Shown: positions 10,191 through 21,589, counted from the stretch's first letter. The stretch is 64,000 nucleotides of DNA from Myxococcota bacterium (GCA_036339465.1 JAYZAY010000078.1:18218-82217); one strand, 5' to 3'. Notes: generated by a model from the letters alone, not told the origin. A program made the numbers and translations.

Positions 10191-11669
10191 ATGGTGAAAG
10201 CCTCCCCAAATACGCCAAAATGGCGGCGACTACTTTGGCCATTGATTGTTTTGGCTGTGTTTTTGACCCCAACTCTTTATTGGGACTCAATCCTCACGGA
10301 AGTAGGAACGGAGGTCATTACCCAAACCATTCAAATCATCCGATACTCATTCGCTACGCTCGCCTGGCTCAGTATCGCTTGGCTGGTCATTCGACTTTTG
10401 GATGTATTCTTTTGGGAGATGCTCGTTGCCCCCTCACTCGGCGGCAAAGTTCCCCGACTTCTCAAAGACGTGCTGGCCGCAATCGTTTTCCTCCTCGCGA
10501 TTACAGGAATCGTGGGAGGCGTCTTTGAGCTTCCCGTTACTGGCCTCTGGGCGACCTCGGGAGTCGTCGGTTTAGTGGTTGGCCTCGCTCTCCAAAGCAT
10601 GATCTCCGACGTTTTTTCAGGAATCGCCATCAACATAGACCGTCCCTATATTATCGGTGACTGGATCCAAGTCCATGTTCGCGGTATCGATCTCATGATT
10701 GGGTGTGTGGAAGAAGTGAATTGGCGCTCCACAAAAATACTAACCAAAGACAATGTCATGCACATGGTACCGAATCATCTTATCAACCAAATCGTGGTCA
10801 CCAATCTATCTCGCCCTCAACTCAACAGTCGCTTTGAACTCCTCTTCTGCATCGATTTCTCCGTCTCATCGGAGCGGGCCCTCCGAATATTGAATGCAGG
10901 TGTACTGGCGTGTGACGGTATTCTCAAAGAACCCGCCCCAAAAGCCAGAGTCAACCAAATTACCTCACGCGGGGTTGAATATTACGTTCGCTACTGGCTA
11001 AATCCAAAACAATTCAGTCCCAGTAAAGGACGTCATGCGGTATGCAGCAGTATCTTGAACCACCTCCACCAAGCTGGAGTCACACTGGCCTACCATAAAC
11101 AAGATGTTTTCATCGCCAACATGCCCAATCGACAACTCGACATTGAAATTGACCGAATTCAGCTCCTTAGACGTGTCGACTTGGCAAAGCACCTCACCGA
11201 AGACGAACTCGCTACCCTCAGCCAAAACATGAAAAGGCACGACCTCGACAAAGGTTCGGTCATCGTGAACGAAGGAGAGCAAGGGGACTCCATGTACCTT
11301 CTTGTGGAAGGGCTCCTGTCTGTTTATCGAGCTGTAGGCGAAGGTGATGGATACCACACTACCCGTGTCGGGAAATTGGGCCCCGGTCAGTACTTTGGTG
11401 AAATGTCTTTACTCACGGGAGAACCCCGAAGTGCAACTGTTCAGTGCATCACCTCCTCGGTTGTGTATGAAATATCACATGGGGGACTCAAAAAGATATT
11501 AGGCTCCAGACCCGAACTCGCCGAAGCCATTGCCCTAACCGTGGCTAAGCGCCGAGTGGACCTGGCTCAAGCAGAAAAAAATGCCAACCACCAAAACGTT
11601 GACGGTCATTCAGACTCTTCGGTGACCAATGACCTACTCAACCGGATCCGTTCATTCTTCTTTGGATGA
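10191..11669 (+). CDS. MscS-family channel with C-terminal cNMP-binding domain (bCNG type)
   Basis: GLALQSMISDVFSG, GDWI and VEEVNWRST (MscS); EGEQGDSMY...GQYFGEMSLLTGEPRSATV (cNMP-binding). Confidence 0.9.
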   Translation: MVKASPNTPKWRRLLWPLIVLAVFLTPTLYWDSILTEVGTEVITQTIQIIRYSFATLAWLSIAWLVIRLLDVFFWEMLVAPSLGGKVPRLLKDVLAAIVFLLAITGIVGGVFELPVTGLWATSGVVGLVVGLALQSMISDVFSGIAINIDRPYIIGDWIQVHVRGIDLMIGCVEEVNWRSTKILTKDNVMHMVPNHLINQIVVTNLSRPQLNSRFELLFCIDFSVSSERALRILNAGVLACDGILKEPAPKARVNQITSRGVEYYVRYWLNPKQFSPSKGRHAVCSSILNHLHQAGVTLAYHKQDVFIANMPNRQLDIEIDRIQLLRRVDLAKHLTEDELATLSQNMKRHDLDKGSVIVNEGEQGDSMYLLVEGLLSVYRAVGEGDGYHTTRVGKLGPGQYFGEMSLLTGEPRSATVQCITSSVVYEISHGGLKKILGSRPELAEAIALTVAKRRVDLAQAEKNANHQNVDGHSDSSVTNDLLNRIRSFFFG

Positions 11670-11673
11670 TTTT

Positions 11674-12822
11674 ATGCACAAACAAACGCGACAACTCATT
11701 TTATTGGCAACTCTCGCCCATGGCATCCTAAGCTGTAAGACTCACCCTCCAAGAAAGACCACGATCCAGAAAACTCAGCAGGCCAATTCGGTGAGTATTG
11801 TCAGCTACCAAAAAGTTTCATGCTTTTCAGAATCATATCAAAAAGAGACAGGGTTAACCTGCGAACCTTCGGCCATCCTCGCTAGCCATCATCACCTCAT
11901 CATAGCGACGGACAAAACCGACCCCACCGCCCAAATAAGCCCTCTATTCAAAATCAATGGAGGACAGAAACAGGACCTAAATAACCCCTCGATTTTGAGG
12001 TCCAAAAAATTTGAGAGTCTAACCATGCTCCCAAATACCGGTTTGGTCGTCGCCTGTACTGGATTCACGAGATACCAAGAATCAGATCCAAAATACGACC
12101 CCTACAATACCTGTCTCTACTGGGATCCAAATAAAGAAAGCTCAGTTAGAATCCTCGCGGAAACAACACGCAAAGACATAAAAAGCTCCCTTTCCCTTCG
12201 CACCAAGATACAAGAGACCCTACGCTCCATCCATAATAACAAGCTTCCCGCTTTTTTTAAGGTTGAAGGTCTGGCCGCAATTCCAGGGAATCGAATCATC
12301 TTTGGAATCAGGGAAATCGGCGAATCCTATAAAAATCCAGACTTTGTAGTCGCCATGGTTGAAACAACCTATTCCATCACAGACAACGGCGTTCTCTCCC
12401 TCGGAGATTCCATGCGATTACTCTACAACGTAAATCTGGATGCTCCGATCAAACCCGTCGGCCTTTCCAGTATAGAATACGACCCTATCGATGACCAACT
12501 TCTCATGCTGACAAGTTTCGAATTAGGTGACAGAGCAGAAGACCGAGGTGCATTTATATGGACTCTACCCATGGACGCCCTTGAAAAGGGTCTGCCGCCA
12601 ACACCAGTCAATGGCCCCAACGGAAAAATTCTCCGCCTCGCCAATAAAGCGGAAGGCCTGACCACGACTTCTCAAAATGAGCTCATCATTATTTTCGATG
12701 ACGACCGCATAACCGACGCAAACAGTCCATCTCAACAAGGCTTTCACCCCAGGGCATTGCATGAAGCTTGGCTCGTTAAACTTAAGTGGATAAATGCCAA
12801 AAACACAAAGCCCACCCAATAA
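11674..12822 (+). CDS. hypothetical lipoprotein, probable beta-propeller (DUF3616/phytase-like)
   Basis: Lipobox ILSC; EPSA, FKVEGL and KAEGL...DDD motifs. Confidence 0.5.
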   Translation: MHKQTRQLILLATLAHGILSCKTHPPRKTTIQKTQQANSVSIVSYQKVSCFSESYQKETGLTCEPSAILASHHHLIIATDKTDPTAQISPLFKINGGQKQDLNNPSILRSKKFESLTMLPNTGLVVACTGFTRYQESDPKYDPYNTCLYWDPNKESSVRILAETTRKDIKSSLSLRTKIQETLRSIHNNKLPAFFKVEGLAAIPGNRIIFGIREIGESYKNPDFVVAMVETTYSITDNGVLSLGDSMRLLYNVNLDAPIKPVGLSSIEYDPIDDQLLMLTSFELGDRAEDRGAFIWTLPMDALEKGLPPTPVNGPNGKILRLANKAEGLTTTSQNELIIIFDDDRITDANSPSQQGFHPRALHEAWLVKLKWINAKNTKPTQ

Positions 12823-12918
12823 ATCTCCCAAAAACAGACAAAAGCGCTCACTCAACTCCTATTGCCCTCTAGACAACCGGATTTCCAGGCCTTAAACCAA
12901 GGTCATAGGAGTTTGAAG

Positions 12919-13752
12919 ATGGGTATTACCGAATTTAATGGAACCAAGAGTTATTTAACATCCGCGGAACTCCGGGATGCCGTCAATGTCGCCATAGGCC
13001 TGGAAAAACCTCTTTTGATTAAAGGCGAACCTGGAACAGGTAAGACTCTTCTAGCTGAAGCAGTTGCAGAAGCATTGGACACGGAAATTCTAACGTGGAA
13101 CGTCAAATCGACGACCAAGGCCCAGGATGGCCTTTATGTCTACGACACCGTTCAGCGCTTGAACGACTCGCGGTTCGGGGAAGGGGACGTGAGCGATATC
13201 AGACAATATATCAATTATGGCCCTCTGGGGCAAAGCTTCCAAAAAGACCGGCGGGTCGTTCTTCTGATCGATGAAATCGACAAAGCCGATATGGAGTTTC
13301 CAAATGATCTACTCCATGAAATTGACCGAATGAGTTTTATGGTCAACGAAACCGGCGACCACATCAAAGCCATTTACCGACCCATTGTAATCATAACCTC
13401 CAATAACGAAAAAGAATTGCCCGACGCTTTCCTGAGACGTTGCGTTTTTCATTACATCTCATTTCCCGGTAAAGAACTTATGACCAATATTGTTAGAGTT
13501 CACCAACCTGACGTCGAAGAAAGCTTACTTCAAGAATGTCTTGCAAAATTTTACTGGATTCGAGAACAAAAACAAATCCGAAAACACCCTTCCACGAGTG
13601 AATTGGTGGACTGGATTGCCGCCCTCCGTAGGGCGGGCATAGCCGCTGACAAACTTCAAGAAAAACTTCCCTTCTTAGGCGTTCTCTTAAAGCGAGAAAC
13701 CGACATCGATGCCTGGGAAAATCCACAACCTCGCAAACGCTACGCATGGTAA
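12919..13752 (+). CDS. MoxR-family AAA+ ATPase (CoxD-like)
   Basis: GEPGTGKT, LLIDEIDKAD and ELPDAFLRRC motifs. Confidence 0.92.
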   Translation: MGITEFNGTKSYLTSAELRDAVNVAIGLEKPLLIKGEPGTGKTLLAEAVAEALDTEILTWNVKSTTKAQDGLYVYDTVQRLNDSRFGEGDVSDIRQYINYGPLGQSFQKDRRVVLLIDEIDKADMEFPNDLLHEIDRMSFMVNETGDHIKAIYRPIVIITSNNEKELPDAFLRRCVFHYISFPGKELMTNIVRVHQPDVEESLLQECLAKFYWIREQKQIRKHPSTSELVDWIAALRRAGIAADKLQEKLPFLGVLLKRETDIDAWENPQPRKRYAW

Positions 13753-13756
13753 ATCG

Positions 13757-14959
13757 ATGTTTCTAGATTTTCTCCTAGACCTCCGAGCAGTGGGGTTAAA
13801 GGTTAGCATGAAAGAATGGCTTACCTTAATCGAAGCTCTCTCTCTCGGGTTTGCTCGAGCAGATCTCACCTCATTCTACCACCTCGCGCGAAACCTTGTG
13901 GTAAAGCGCGAAAGCGAATTCGACTTATACGACCGAGCCTTCGCGTATCATTTTAAAGGCATCGAAACCCATTTTGATATTGACGATGATCTCCTAAACT
14001 GGCTTTCCAACCCAGTGCTGCCACGTGAACTCAGCGAAGAAGACCTAGCAAAGCTTAAGAGCCTTGATCTAGATGAACTTCGCAAGCAATTCGAGGAACG
14101 GATGCGCGAACAAAACGAAAGACATGACGGTGGAAACCGCTGGGTTGGAACGGGCGGTACTTCCCCTTTTGGGCATGGGGGGCACCACCCATCAGGTGTT
14201 CGAGTCGGCGGACCGGGGGGAGGACGCACCGCGATTCAAGTTGCCGAAGACAGAAAATTTCAGAACCTGCGAACTGACCGCATCCTCGATACCCGTGACA
14301 TAGGAGTCGCCCTCAGACGACTCCGTAAATTGGCCAAAGACGAACAACACTTGGAACTTGATCTCCCCGCAAGCATCGACAAAACTGCCAGAGAGGCAGG
14401 AGAGATCGATCTTGTATTTTCTCCTCCCCGACACAACCGCACCAAATTACTCCTTCTCATGGATGTAGGTGGTTCCATGGATCCGTTTGCGGAGCTTTCT
14501 GAACGACTTTTTAGCGCAGCCCACGCCGCAAGCCACTTTAAAGCATTTAAAGCTTTCATGTTTCACAACTGCGTCTACGAACATCTCTATACAGATATCC
14601 ACGCCCATAAGGGCATTTTCACAGAAGACCTACTCAAAGAAATCGACAATACCTGGACGCTGATTTTTGTTGGTGATGCTAGTATGAGCCCCTATGAACT
14701 CAGCCACCAAGGCGGGGCAATTTACTACGGTCATCAAAATGCGACCCCGGGTATTCAATGGCTAAGACGCCTTCGTCAGCGAGTACCAAATTCGGTATGG
14801 TTAAACCCCGAGCCCAAGAAATTTTGGGGAGGCACAACAAGTATTGGAATCATTCATGATGTTTTTCCCATGTATGAATTTACGTTAAGTGGTATCACTG
14901 AAGCCATCGATCACCTGCGGGGTTTATTGGGAACTCATTATCAGCCGCCACTTCATTGA
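13757..14959 (+). CDS. VWA-domain protein (CoxE-like), MoxR partner
   Basis: MIDAS-like DVGGSMD, FHNCVY, VGDASMSPYE and WLNP; 4-bp gap after the MoxR gene. Confidence 0.9.
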   Translation: MFLDFLLDLRAVGLKVSMKEWLTLIEALSLGFARADLTSFYHLARNLVVKRESEFDLYDRAFAYHFKGIETHFDIDDDLLNWLSNPVLPRELSEEDLAKLKSLDLDELRKQFEERMREQNERHDGGNRWVGTGGTSPFGHGGHHPSGVRVGGPGGGRTAIQVAEDRKFQNLRTDRILDTRDIGVALRRLRKLAKDEQHLELDLPASIDKTAREAGEIDLVFSPPRHNRTKLLLLMDVGGSMDPFAELSERLFSAAHAASHFKAFKAFMFHNCVYEHLYTDIHAHKGIFTEDLLKEIDNTWTLIFVGDASMSPYELSHQGGAIYYGHQNATPGIQWLRRLRQRVPNSVWLNPEPKKFWGGTTSIGIIHDVFPMYEFTLSGITEAIDHLRGLLGTHYQPPLH

Positions 14960-15160
14960 CAACTCGGACGCCAAATTATCACTCCTGAAAACCGGTTCAA
15001 TTCTTTACTTCCAACTCTTCACGGCTCGACTCTTGAGTGTAAAGTCGTTATTATCAACAGTCCATCAGGCGTACCAAAACACAAGCCCCTCTCTAAACGA
15101 CCACCGGGGAAATTCAAGACGTGGAAAATCCCAAAAAGCCTTTTCATTGAGGAATCGCCC

Positions 15161-15928
15161 ATGACCCACCATTCTAACTGGCTCTTTTTACGAGGGCTGG
15201 CCCGGGACAAGAGACATTGGGGCCAATTCGGAGAAATCTTTAGCGAACGTATTAATGGTGCAAAGGTATTTATGCTGGATTTACCTGGAATGGGGACCGA
15301 AAGGCATCGAAGTGCTCCCCTTACCATCAGTGAAACAAAAAATGACCTTAGAAATCGTTGGCGGCATCTTCAAACGCAACATGAAGGCGCCTGGAACCTA
15401 CTAAGTCTCTCCCTCGGCGGTATGGTGGCCATGGAATGGTGTGGTAGCCACCCATACGATTTCCAGAAGCTCGTTCTACTCAACACCAGTGCAGGTCGAA
15501 GTCTTTGGAAGTTGCCCAAACGGCTCAAACCCGGGGTCTGGAAAAATATTATCGAGGTAGCCATCACAAAATCGCCACGGAGCAAAGAAGCGTGCATTCT
15601 AGGAATCAACAGCAACCATGGCCCCCAAAGAAACCCTGAACTCTATGAGCAATGGACCCAATACTCAAGCGAAGCTCCAAACTCTCCAGTCAACAACTTT
15701 CGCCAAATAGTCGCAGCTATGAACTACAATCCCCCCGAAAAAATTCATCCACAAACTCTGGTGGTTGGTTCAATGGCAGACCGTATGGTGGATGTATCCT
15801 GCTCCTGGGAATTGGCCCAAAGATACGATACACAGTTAGTGCTCCACGACACAGCCGGGCACGATCTTCCAATGGACGTCCCTGAATGGCTCGTCGATCA
15901 CATCGAACTGTGGTTAAGAGGCCATTGA
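15161..15928 (+). CDS. alpha/beta hydrolase
   Basis: LRGL, DLPGMG, SLSLGG nucleophile elbow, DRMV and AGHDL. Confidence 0.88.
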   Translation: MTHHSNWLFLRGLARDKRHWGQFGEIFSERINGAKVFMLDLPGMGTERHRSAPLTISETKNDLRNRWRHLQTQHEGAWNLLSLSLGGMVAMEWCGSHPYDFQKLVLLNTSAGRSLWKLPKRLKPGVWKNIIEVAITKSPRSKEACILGINSNHGPQRNPELYEQWTQYSSEAPNSPVNNFRQIVAAMNYNPPEKIHPQTLVVGSMADRMVDVSCSWELAQRYDTQLVLHDTAGHDLPMDVPEWLVDHIELWLRGH

Positions 15929-15953
15929 CATAATGGTGGAACCAACACCCCAA

Positions 15954-17108
15954 TCACTGAACGGCACGAAAGAATTTTTCGCTAAGAATAGCGGCCCGCC
16001 ACCCTTTAATTCCAGGATGCTCCGCCACGCTACCCACGCTGGTGGGTGGATCCCTCGCGAGGTCTTCTAAACAAGCATTCCCGGCAATCACTTCCGGATC
16101 GACACCAATTGCTTCCGCAACCTTTCGACGAACCGCCCGTAAATTTTCATAGACCTGCCGGGGCTGCGGATCCATAAATCGACCGCTTCGCCGTCGACCC
16201 ATATTTTTTGGCGCCGACTCATAGATTGGCTTCGCATTTCGAATTGCTCGGACAATTCTCGTCCCGTAGCGCTGAACACCCAGTTGTTTCAAACCGGGTC
16301 TCGGAGAAAAACTATTCATATCCATCGGAGGCGTTTTCACCAAATCCATCAAGAGCTGATTACTAAAAACCTTAAATGCGGGGCGGTCCAGCTTTTCTGC
16401 AATCCGATCCCGCAGCAAGAAGAGGGCTTGCAAATAGCCAAGCTCTTGGGGATTCAACTTCTTCGCACCCTTAATTCGCCAAAAACCGTCTTGAGTATGA
16501 GCAGTGGGTCGCTCTAATAAAGTATCCACATGATTCGCGATTCGATCGAAATCCTCTAAAGCCCATTCCAGTCGCCCCATTTCGCGCAAGCTTTCTTCCA
16601 ACCGATGGGCCAAATCGGGAAGGAAATGAGTATCGTGCCGAGCATAATACAATTGGGCATCGGTCAAGGGCCGCCGCGACCAGTCAGAACGCTGCAGTGT
16701 CTTATCGGTCTGAAACTCATAATTTTCTTCTAGGATAGCCCCTAAGCCAAACTTCCGATAACCAAGAAATCGACAAGCAAGCATGGTATCAAAAATTCCC
16801 TGAATATCGAAACCATAGTCCCTTTTCATACACAAAAGGTCGTAGCCTGCATCGTGAAAGATTTTGATGCGGGTTGGATCCTCAAATAGATCTCGAAGTG
16901 GATCCAATGTATCAAGCGAAAGGGGATCAATGATCGCATCCCGCCCCCCCACAGTCATTTGAATCAAGCAAACTTTTTCTTGATAACGGTGGTAAGAGTC
17001 ACTCTCAGTGTCTACCGCTATCCATCTGTAATTGCGAGTAAATTTAACCCAGGACGCCAACTCTCGGGCAGTCCTTATGTATAAAAAATCATCTCGATTT
17101 TCTTCCAA
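15954..17108 (-). CDS. rnd: ribonuclease D (3'-5' exonuclease plus HRDC)
   Basis: AVDTE, CLIQ, FDTMLA and SDWSRRPLTDAQLYYARHD, followed by HRDC domains. Confidence 0.9.
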   Translation of the reverse strand: MEENRDDFLYIRTARELASWVKFTRNYRWIAVDTESDSYHRYQEKVCLIQMTVGGRDAIIDPLSLDTLDPLRDLFEDPTRIKIFHDAGYDLLCMKRDYGFDIQGIFDTMLACRFLGYRKFGLGAILEENYEFQTDKTLQRSDWSRRPLTDAQLYYARHDTHFLPDLAHRLEESLREMGRLEWALEDFDRIANHVDTLLERPTAHTQDGFWRIKGAKKLNPQELGYLQALFLLRDRIAEKLDRPAFKVFSNQLLMDLVKTPPMDMNSFSPRPGLKQLGVQRYGTRIVRAIRNAKPIYESAPKNMGRRRSGRFMDPQPRQVYENLRAVRRKVAEAIGVDPEVIAGNACLEDLARDPPTSVGSVAEHPGIKGWRAAILSEKFFRAVQ

Positions 17109-17170
17109 GACTCAGTCCATTTCTCAAGGTTCGTAACTATTATCCCTGCAATAGCGAACAAAATAAAATC

Positions 17171-20084
17171 ATGCCAGATTTTTTCCGTATGCGAATGTCG
17201 TTTGAACGTTCTATACTCCAAAATATGCGTGTCCGATTTCTATCTTTCTCCCTACTCTTCTCACTCGCCTGTTCCGCTGGTACGAATGGAGGTTGCGCAG
17301 ATTGTGCGGCTTTACCTAATGTTCCTTACCCCCAAGAAGCAAGCTCAATCGACGAAGCTGCTGCGGCGAGAATAACTCAGCATTCACTCGACTTCTTCCG
17401 AAAAAATCTAGTGAGTCTTCTCAGTCAATATTTGACCGTGGTCAAACAAGGAGAATGTCTGATTGAGAGCAGTGCCCCCGAGTGTCCTTTCGGGCAAAAA
17501 GCCACTGAAGATATCGCTGTTTTGGATATCAATAAGCTAACGGTATCCACAGGTGTTGGTGATAGTAGCGAATTTCCCCTTAAGTTCCGCGACGGATGCA
17601 TTGAAGACACTGGAGAAGAACAAAAAACATATGACAATTGTCCGGAACAAAAGCGCACCCGCATATCCATACTCTATATGCCCATGGCGAAACTTGAAGA
17701 ATCTTTCGAACTGGAATGGGTGAGTGAAAGTGGTAACTCAGACACCACCAACGCAGGCAGCGGATTACATGTCACAATTAGCAATCTAGAAATGGAGGCA
17801 GACCTCGTCCTAGCCCTTGAAAGCTCTGACGAAATTGACGATTCTGATCCTATTGCCGCCCTCTTAAACTCGTTATCCGCTTCCTGCTGGCTCACCTCCC
17901 CTCTCGACTTACCCGCATTAACCATTCCTAAAATCGATTTCACCATGGGCTTTAAGGTGAATGCGGAAGGCAAACTAGAACCCAGCATCTCGGTCTCAGA
18001 AGTGACCATTACAGAAGACGACCAAACAAACTCGATCAACATGCAAGTCAAACCCTGCGTTGCCAGCGGTGTAAAACCAGAGTGTCAGGATACGTTATGC
18101 CCCACGGCCGTAGGCACAGAAAATATTTGCACTGAGCTTTGTGAGGTCGGTAATTTACTGGCCACGGTTCTCCCTGCGCTCACCAGTCAAATTCAACCTG
18201 TACTCAATCAATTGGCTCAAGGTCTTGCTACGCAACTGCAAACCAGTCTAGCGGAAGGCTTCGAAGGTCTTAAACTGGGTATAGAAACCGTGCTCGATCC
18301 CGCAGCTTTGAGTCCCCTATTGAGCGATGCGAAGCCCCTCAATGTGCAATTTAAGATCCACAACGACAACTTGAGAGTCCAAGGAGAAGAAAATGCACCG
18401 GGAACTGGACTGCATGCAACCCTCTCTGCGGGTATTAGCGCTCAAAGCCGAGCTGCCTGCGCAATCGAAAATCCCCAAACCGGTGCAGAATCCTTGAGTT
18501 CAATACTTCCTGAGTTTGGTGGCTTTCTAGAGGTTCCCTCAGACCAAGAAGGGAACACAACCTTTGAACCCTACCACATGGCATTTACGGTATCTGAAGC
18601 AATGCTCACTCAAATGGGTACCGCCCTGTATCATTCTGGTGTCTTCTGTGTGGGATTGGGGTCCCAAGATATTCATGACATGAGTGGGATCCTCCTGGAC
18701 CTAAAATTCTTAACCGCTCTAGAACCTGGCCTACAAGACATTGCTCCGGCCGGATCCCCCAATGAAAATGCTCCCATCCACCTGGGGCTCTTTGCCACAA
18801 AACCACCCATCTTTAGCTTGGGCTCGGGAAAAGTCATCGCCCCCCCCAAGCACTGTCACAGAAGAGGGTATGAGCGACTATCTCGCAGGCGTTGTCGATG
18901 ATGCGCTACTCGAGCTCCTACTCGACGACCTTCAAATAAATATTTCGGCCCTTCTAGGCGATGCACAGACGCGGATCGCCAGTCTCTATGCTGATATTAG
19001 AATCCCCTTTACAGCCGTTAGAGACACAAGCAACGGAGGAGTTCTTCAGTTGCGACAAGTCCCAAAAATTACGATTTCCAATACTCACCAAGTTTATAAT
19101 GAAATCGCCCAAGCAGCAGATCTTACGCAGTTCTTTGAAACCCTCGTCGATTTGGCCATCACCGTGGCCCTCAAAGACAGTCTAAATTTCGATCTCGACT
19201 TTTCTGATGCTATTAGCTCAGCCCTCGGTTCCGATGCTCTCACACTTAAAATCGCAGACATCAGAAGAGATGTAGCGAACTTTCAACACGCCTTTCTGTC
19301 CATTTATGTAACACTGTGCTCCAACGTAGATACAAATGATCCAAACCACGTTATCTGCTATCAAGCACCTGCTGGCTCCGCGACCAATAGAGTCACCACA
19401 ACCGCCAATATGGAATCCATGTACGAAAAAATTTCTTTCAAAGCGAAAAATGGGGCGCTCCATCGTCGCACAACCGGTAGGCTGGAAGTACCGATTGAGG
19501 ATGGGATCTACCAATATCGAGTTGACGGAGGCGCATGGCGCAGTCAATTAAGAATAGACGATGCCACCCTGACCGTTCAACATCCCTTCTTAAGAGTTCC
19601 TGGAGACCACCTCGTAGAAATTGCGCGAATAAATGACCGTGGTCATGAGGCCTGGCGTACAAATATTCCCGTACGTATTGACCCCTTTCCACCGACGCTA
19701 ACACACACCATAAAGGGGAGCACCGTTCAATTCGCAGGAACTGACGACATCCAGCCAAACTCCGTTTATTTTGTAAAACGATTTGTGGATTCCGCGGGAA
19801 CCCAGACACCATGGAGCCCGACCCCCGATAAATTTGAGCTAGACTCCGTAGATACCGATTTCATAAACGTAGAATTTGCCGCAGTCGATGCAACAGGCAA
19901 CCAATCCCCACCATTGAAATTTGCCCTTAATAAAGAGCCGCCCAATACAGCGATAAAATTCAACAGCACTCATGACAGCGTCAGTAAAAGCTCGTGTCAT
20001 CAGATTCCACTTTCTCTGTGGTTGGTGTTGTTGATGATTCCTTGGATTGTGTGCTTAAGACCAAAACCAAAATTGAACGGCTAG
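17171..20084 (+). pseudogene. large surface lipoprotein (BPI/LBP-like N-part, Ig-like domain, MYXO-CTERM-like tail) split by a frameshift at a C8 tract
   Basis: ORFs 17171-18901 and 18741-20084 join in frame (KVIAPPSTVTEEG) if one C is removed from 18840-18847. Lipobox SLAC; tail SSC-hydrophobic-RPKPK. Confidence 0.6.
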
Positions 20085-20085
20085 A

Positions 20086-21462
20086 TTATCTTAAATCATT
20101 GCCTAGACTGTAATAATTTAAGAGCTTTGGAATCAGCTCATCCTTGAAAGGACCTTCTCCAAAAACATCTAATGCCTGCTGGGATAAGCCCCTTCCACCG
20201 CTTTTCAATAATCCCTCAAATGGCTCCAAATATCGACTTTCATCCAGACCATCTGAATCACAACAACCAAACTCGACCAAAGCTTGTCGAGATAGGCTTA
20301 ATAACTCCCAAAGTATCTCCTTGATAGACCAACCCGAGCTATAGCCTTCAATTCCGTCTTGAGCCGCCAATCTCATTGCCAGCCGCAAATCATCATAGCT
20401 TAGCTCACTCAACAATCCATCCACACCTTCGATCGATTTATCTGAATAGAGAAGCCCTTTCCAAAACGCCGCTACTGCAGATGACATCCAAATTGGACCA
20501 CTATCACAACTTCGAACTTCAATGAATTTCTTGAGACGAACCTCCGGAAAAAGGGTTGAAAGGTGGGTCTCAAAATCAGCGATGGTGGGCTTCAACCCTG
20601 AAATCCCATCCTCCAAAAACATACGAAAAGTTTTCCCATGACTGTCGATAAACTCTCCGCCACGAAAGACGAAAAACATCGGGACATCTAGTACCCAATC
20701 CAGATAGTTCCCAAATGAAAAGTCACCGTCCAGAGCTTGCCGTAAAATCCCACATCGCTCATTGTCCACATCAAACCAAATCGCGTTTCGAAAACTTCGC
20801 CAGCCAGACCAGCGCCCATCAGTCCAAGGCGAATTCGCACACAAAGCAGCAGCAAAAGGGGAGACCAACGACGCAACACGCATCTTATTAACCATATCGG
20901 ATTCACTAGCATAATCGAAATTGCATTGAACCGTGGTGGTAAGGACCATCATGTGATGTCCAAAAGAGCCATGAGATTCGAGATAACGACGCATCCGCCG
21001 ATAACGTTCTCGGGGGATCCATTCGGCTGCATCCACTCCGAAAACGGGTCGACAAGCCAAAGTAGAAACTCTCGCTTCTGATCGAGCCATAATCGCGTTC
21101 AACTGAAGAGCAAACTCACGCGCTTCGATATCAGTTTCATGAACGGTCTTAAACGGAGCACCCGCCAACTCAAGTTGGCCGCCTGGCTCCAAAGAAATAG
21201 AAGCTCTTGCTCGACTCAAAGCCATGGGAAAATTGGGATCACCTTCAATCGTCCATCCATCACGAATCAACCCTTCAAAAATAGGGCAAATACCATTTGA
21301 ATAGTCAAGGGGCCTACCAGTTCTCGCATCAAAGAGAAATCTTTCAGTCTCCGTTCCAACCAACCATTCGCCACGAGGCTTGGCCCCATCCATAAAGTAT
21401 TGAATCAATTGCTCCAACGATTCGATGACTGGGCTATTCTCTACCAAAATATCTCGTGACAT
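20086..21462 (-). CDS. gshA: glutamate--cysteine ligase (GCS2, alpha/plant type)
   Basis: GTETE, ISLEPGGQLEL, QCNFD and HLSTLFPEVRLKKFIEVR motifs. Confidence 0.92.
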   Translation of the reverse strand: MSRDILVENSPVIESLEQLIQYFMDGAKPRGEWLVGTETERFLFDARTGRPLDYSNGICPIFEGLIRDGWTIEGDPNFPMALSRARASISLEPGGQLELAGAPFKTVHETDIEAREFALQLNAIMARSEARVSTLACRPVFGVDAAEWIPRERYRRMRRYLESHGSFGHHMMVLTTTVQCNFDYASESDMVNKMRVASLVSPFAAALCANSPWTDGRWSGWRSFRNAIWFDVDNERCGILRQALDGDFSFGNYLDWVLDVPMFFVFRGGEFIDSHGKTFRMFLEDGISGLKPTIADFETHLSTLFPEVRLKKFIEVRSCDSGPIWMSSAVAAFWKGLLYSDKSIEGVDGLLSELSYDDLRLAMRLAAQDGIEGYSSGWSIKEILWELLSLSRQALVEFGCCDSDGLDESRYLEPFEGLLKSGGRGLSQQALDVFGEGPFKDELIPKLLNYYSLGNDLR

Positions 21463-21589
21463 GCATTTTGCCTTACTAGTTGTACCCCCCATTAAGCAAG
21501 CTCAGAACGTTCTGGCGTTTTTTTTCCTTGAAAGGTCCAAGCCCTACCTGTGGCTTGCACATCAACCTGAAAGCGCATAAAGCAAATTT

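Noticed and set aside
14957..15161. 67 stop-free codons in frame between the VWA TGA and the hydrolase ATG (possible readthrough fusion)
   Set aside because: Stops are scarce on this C/A-rich strand, the hydrolase has its own GAGGA RBS, and there is no SECIS-like or domain evidence, so chance is plausible.
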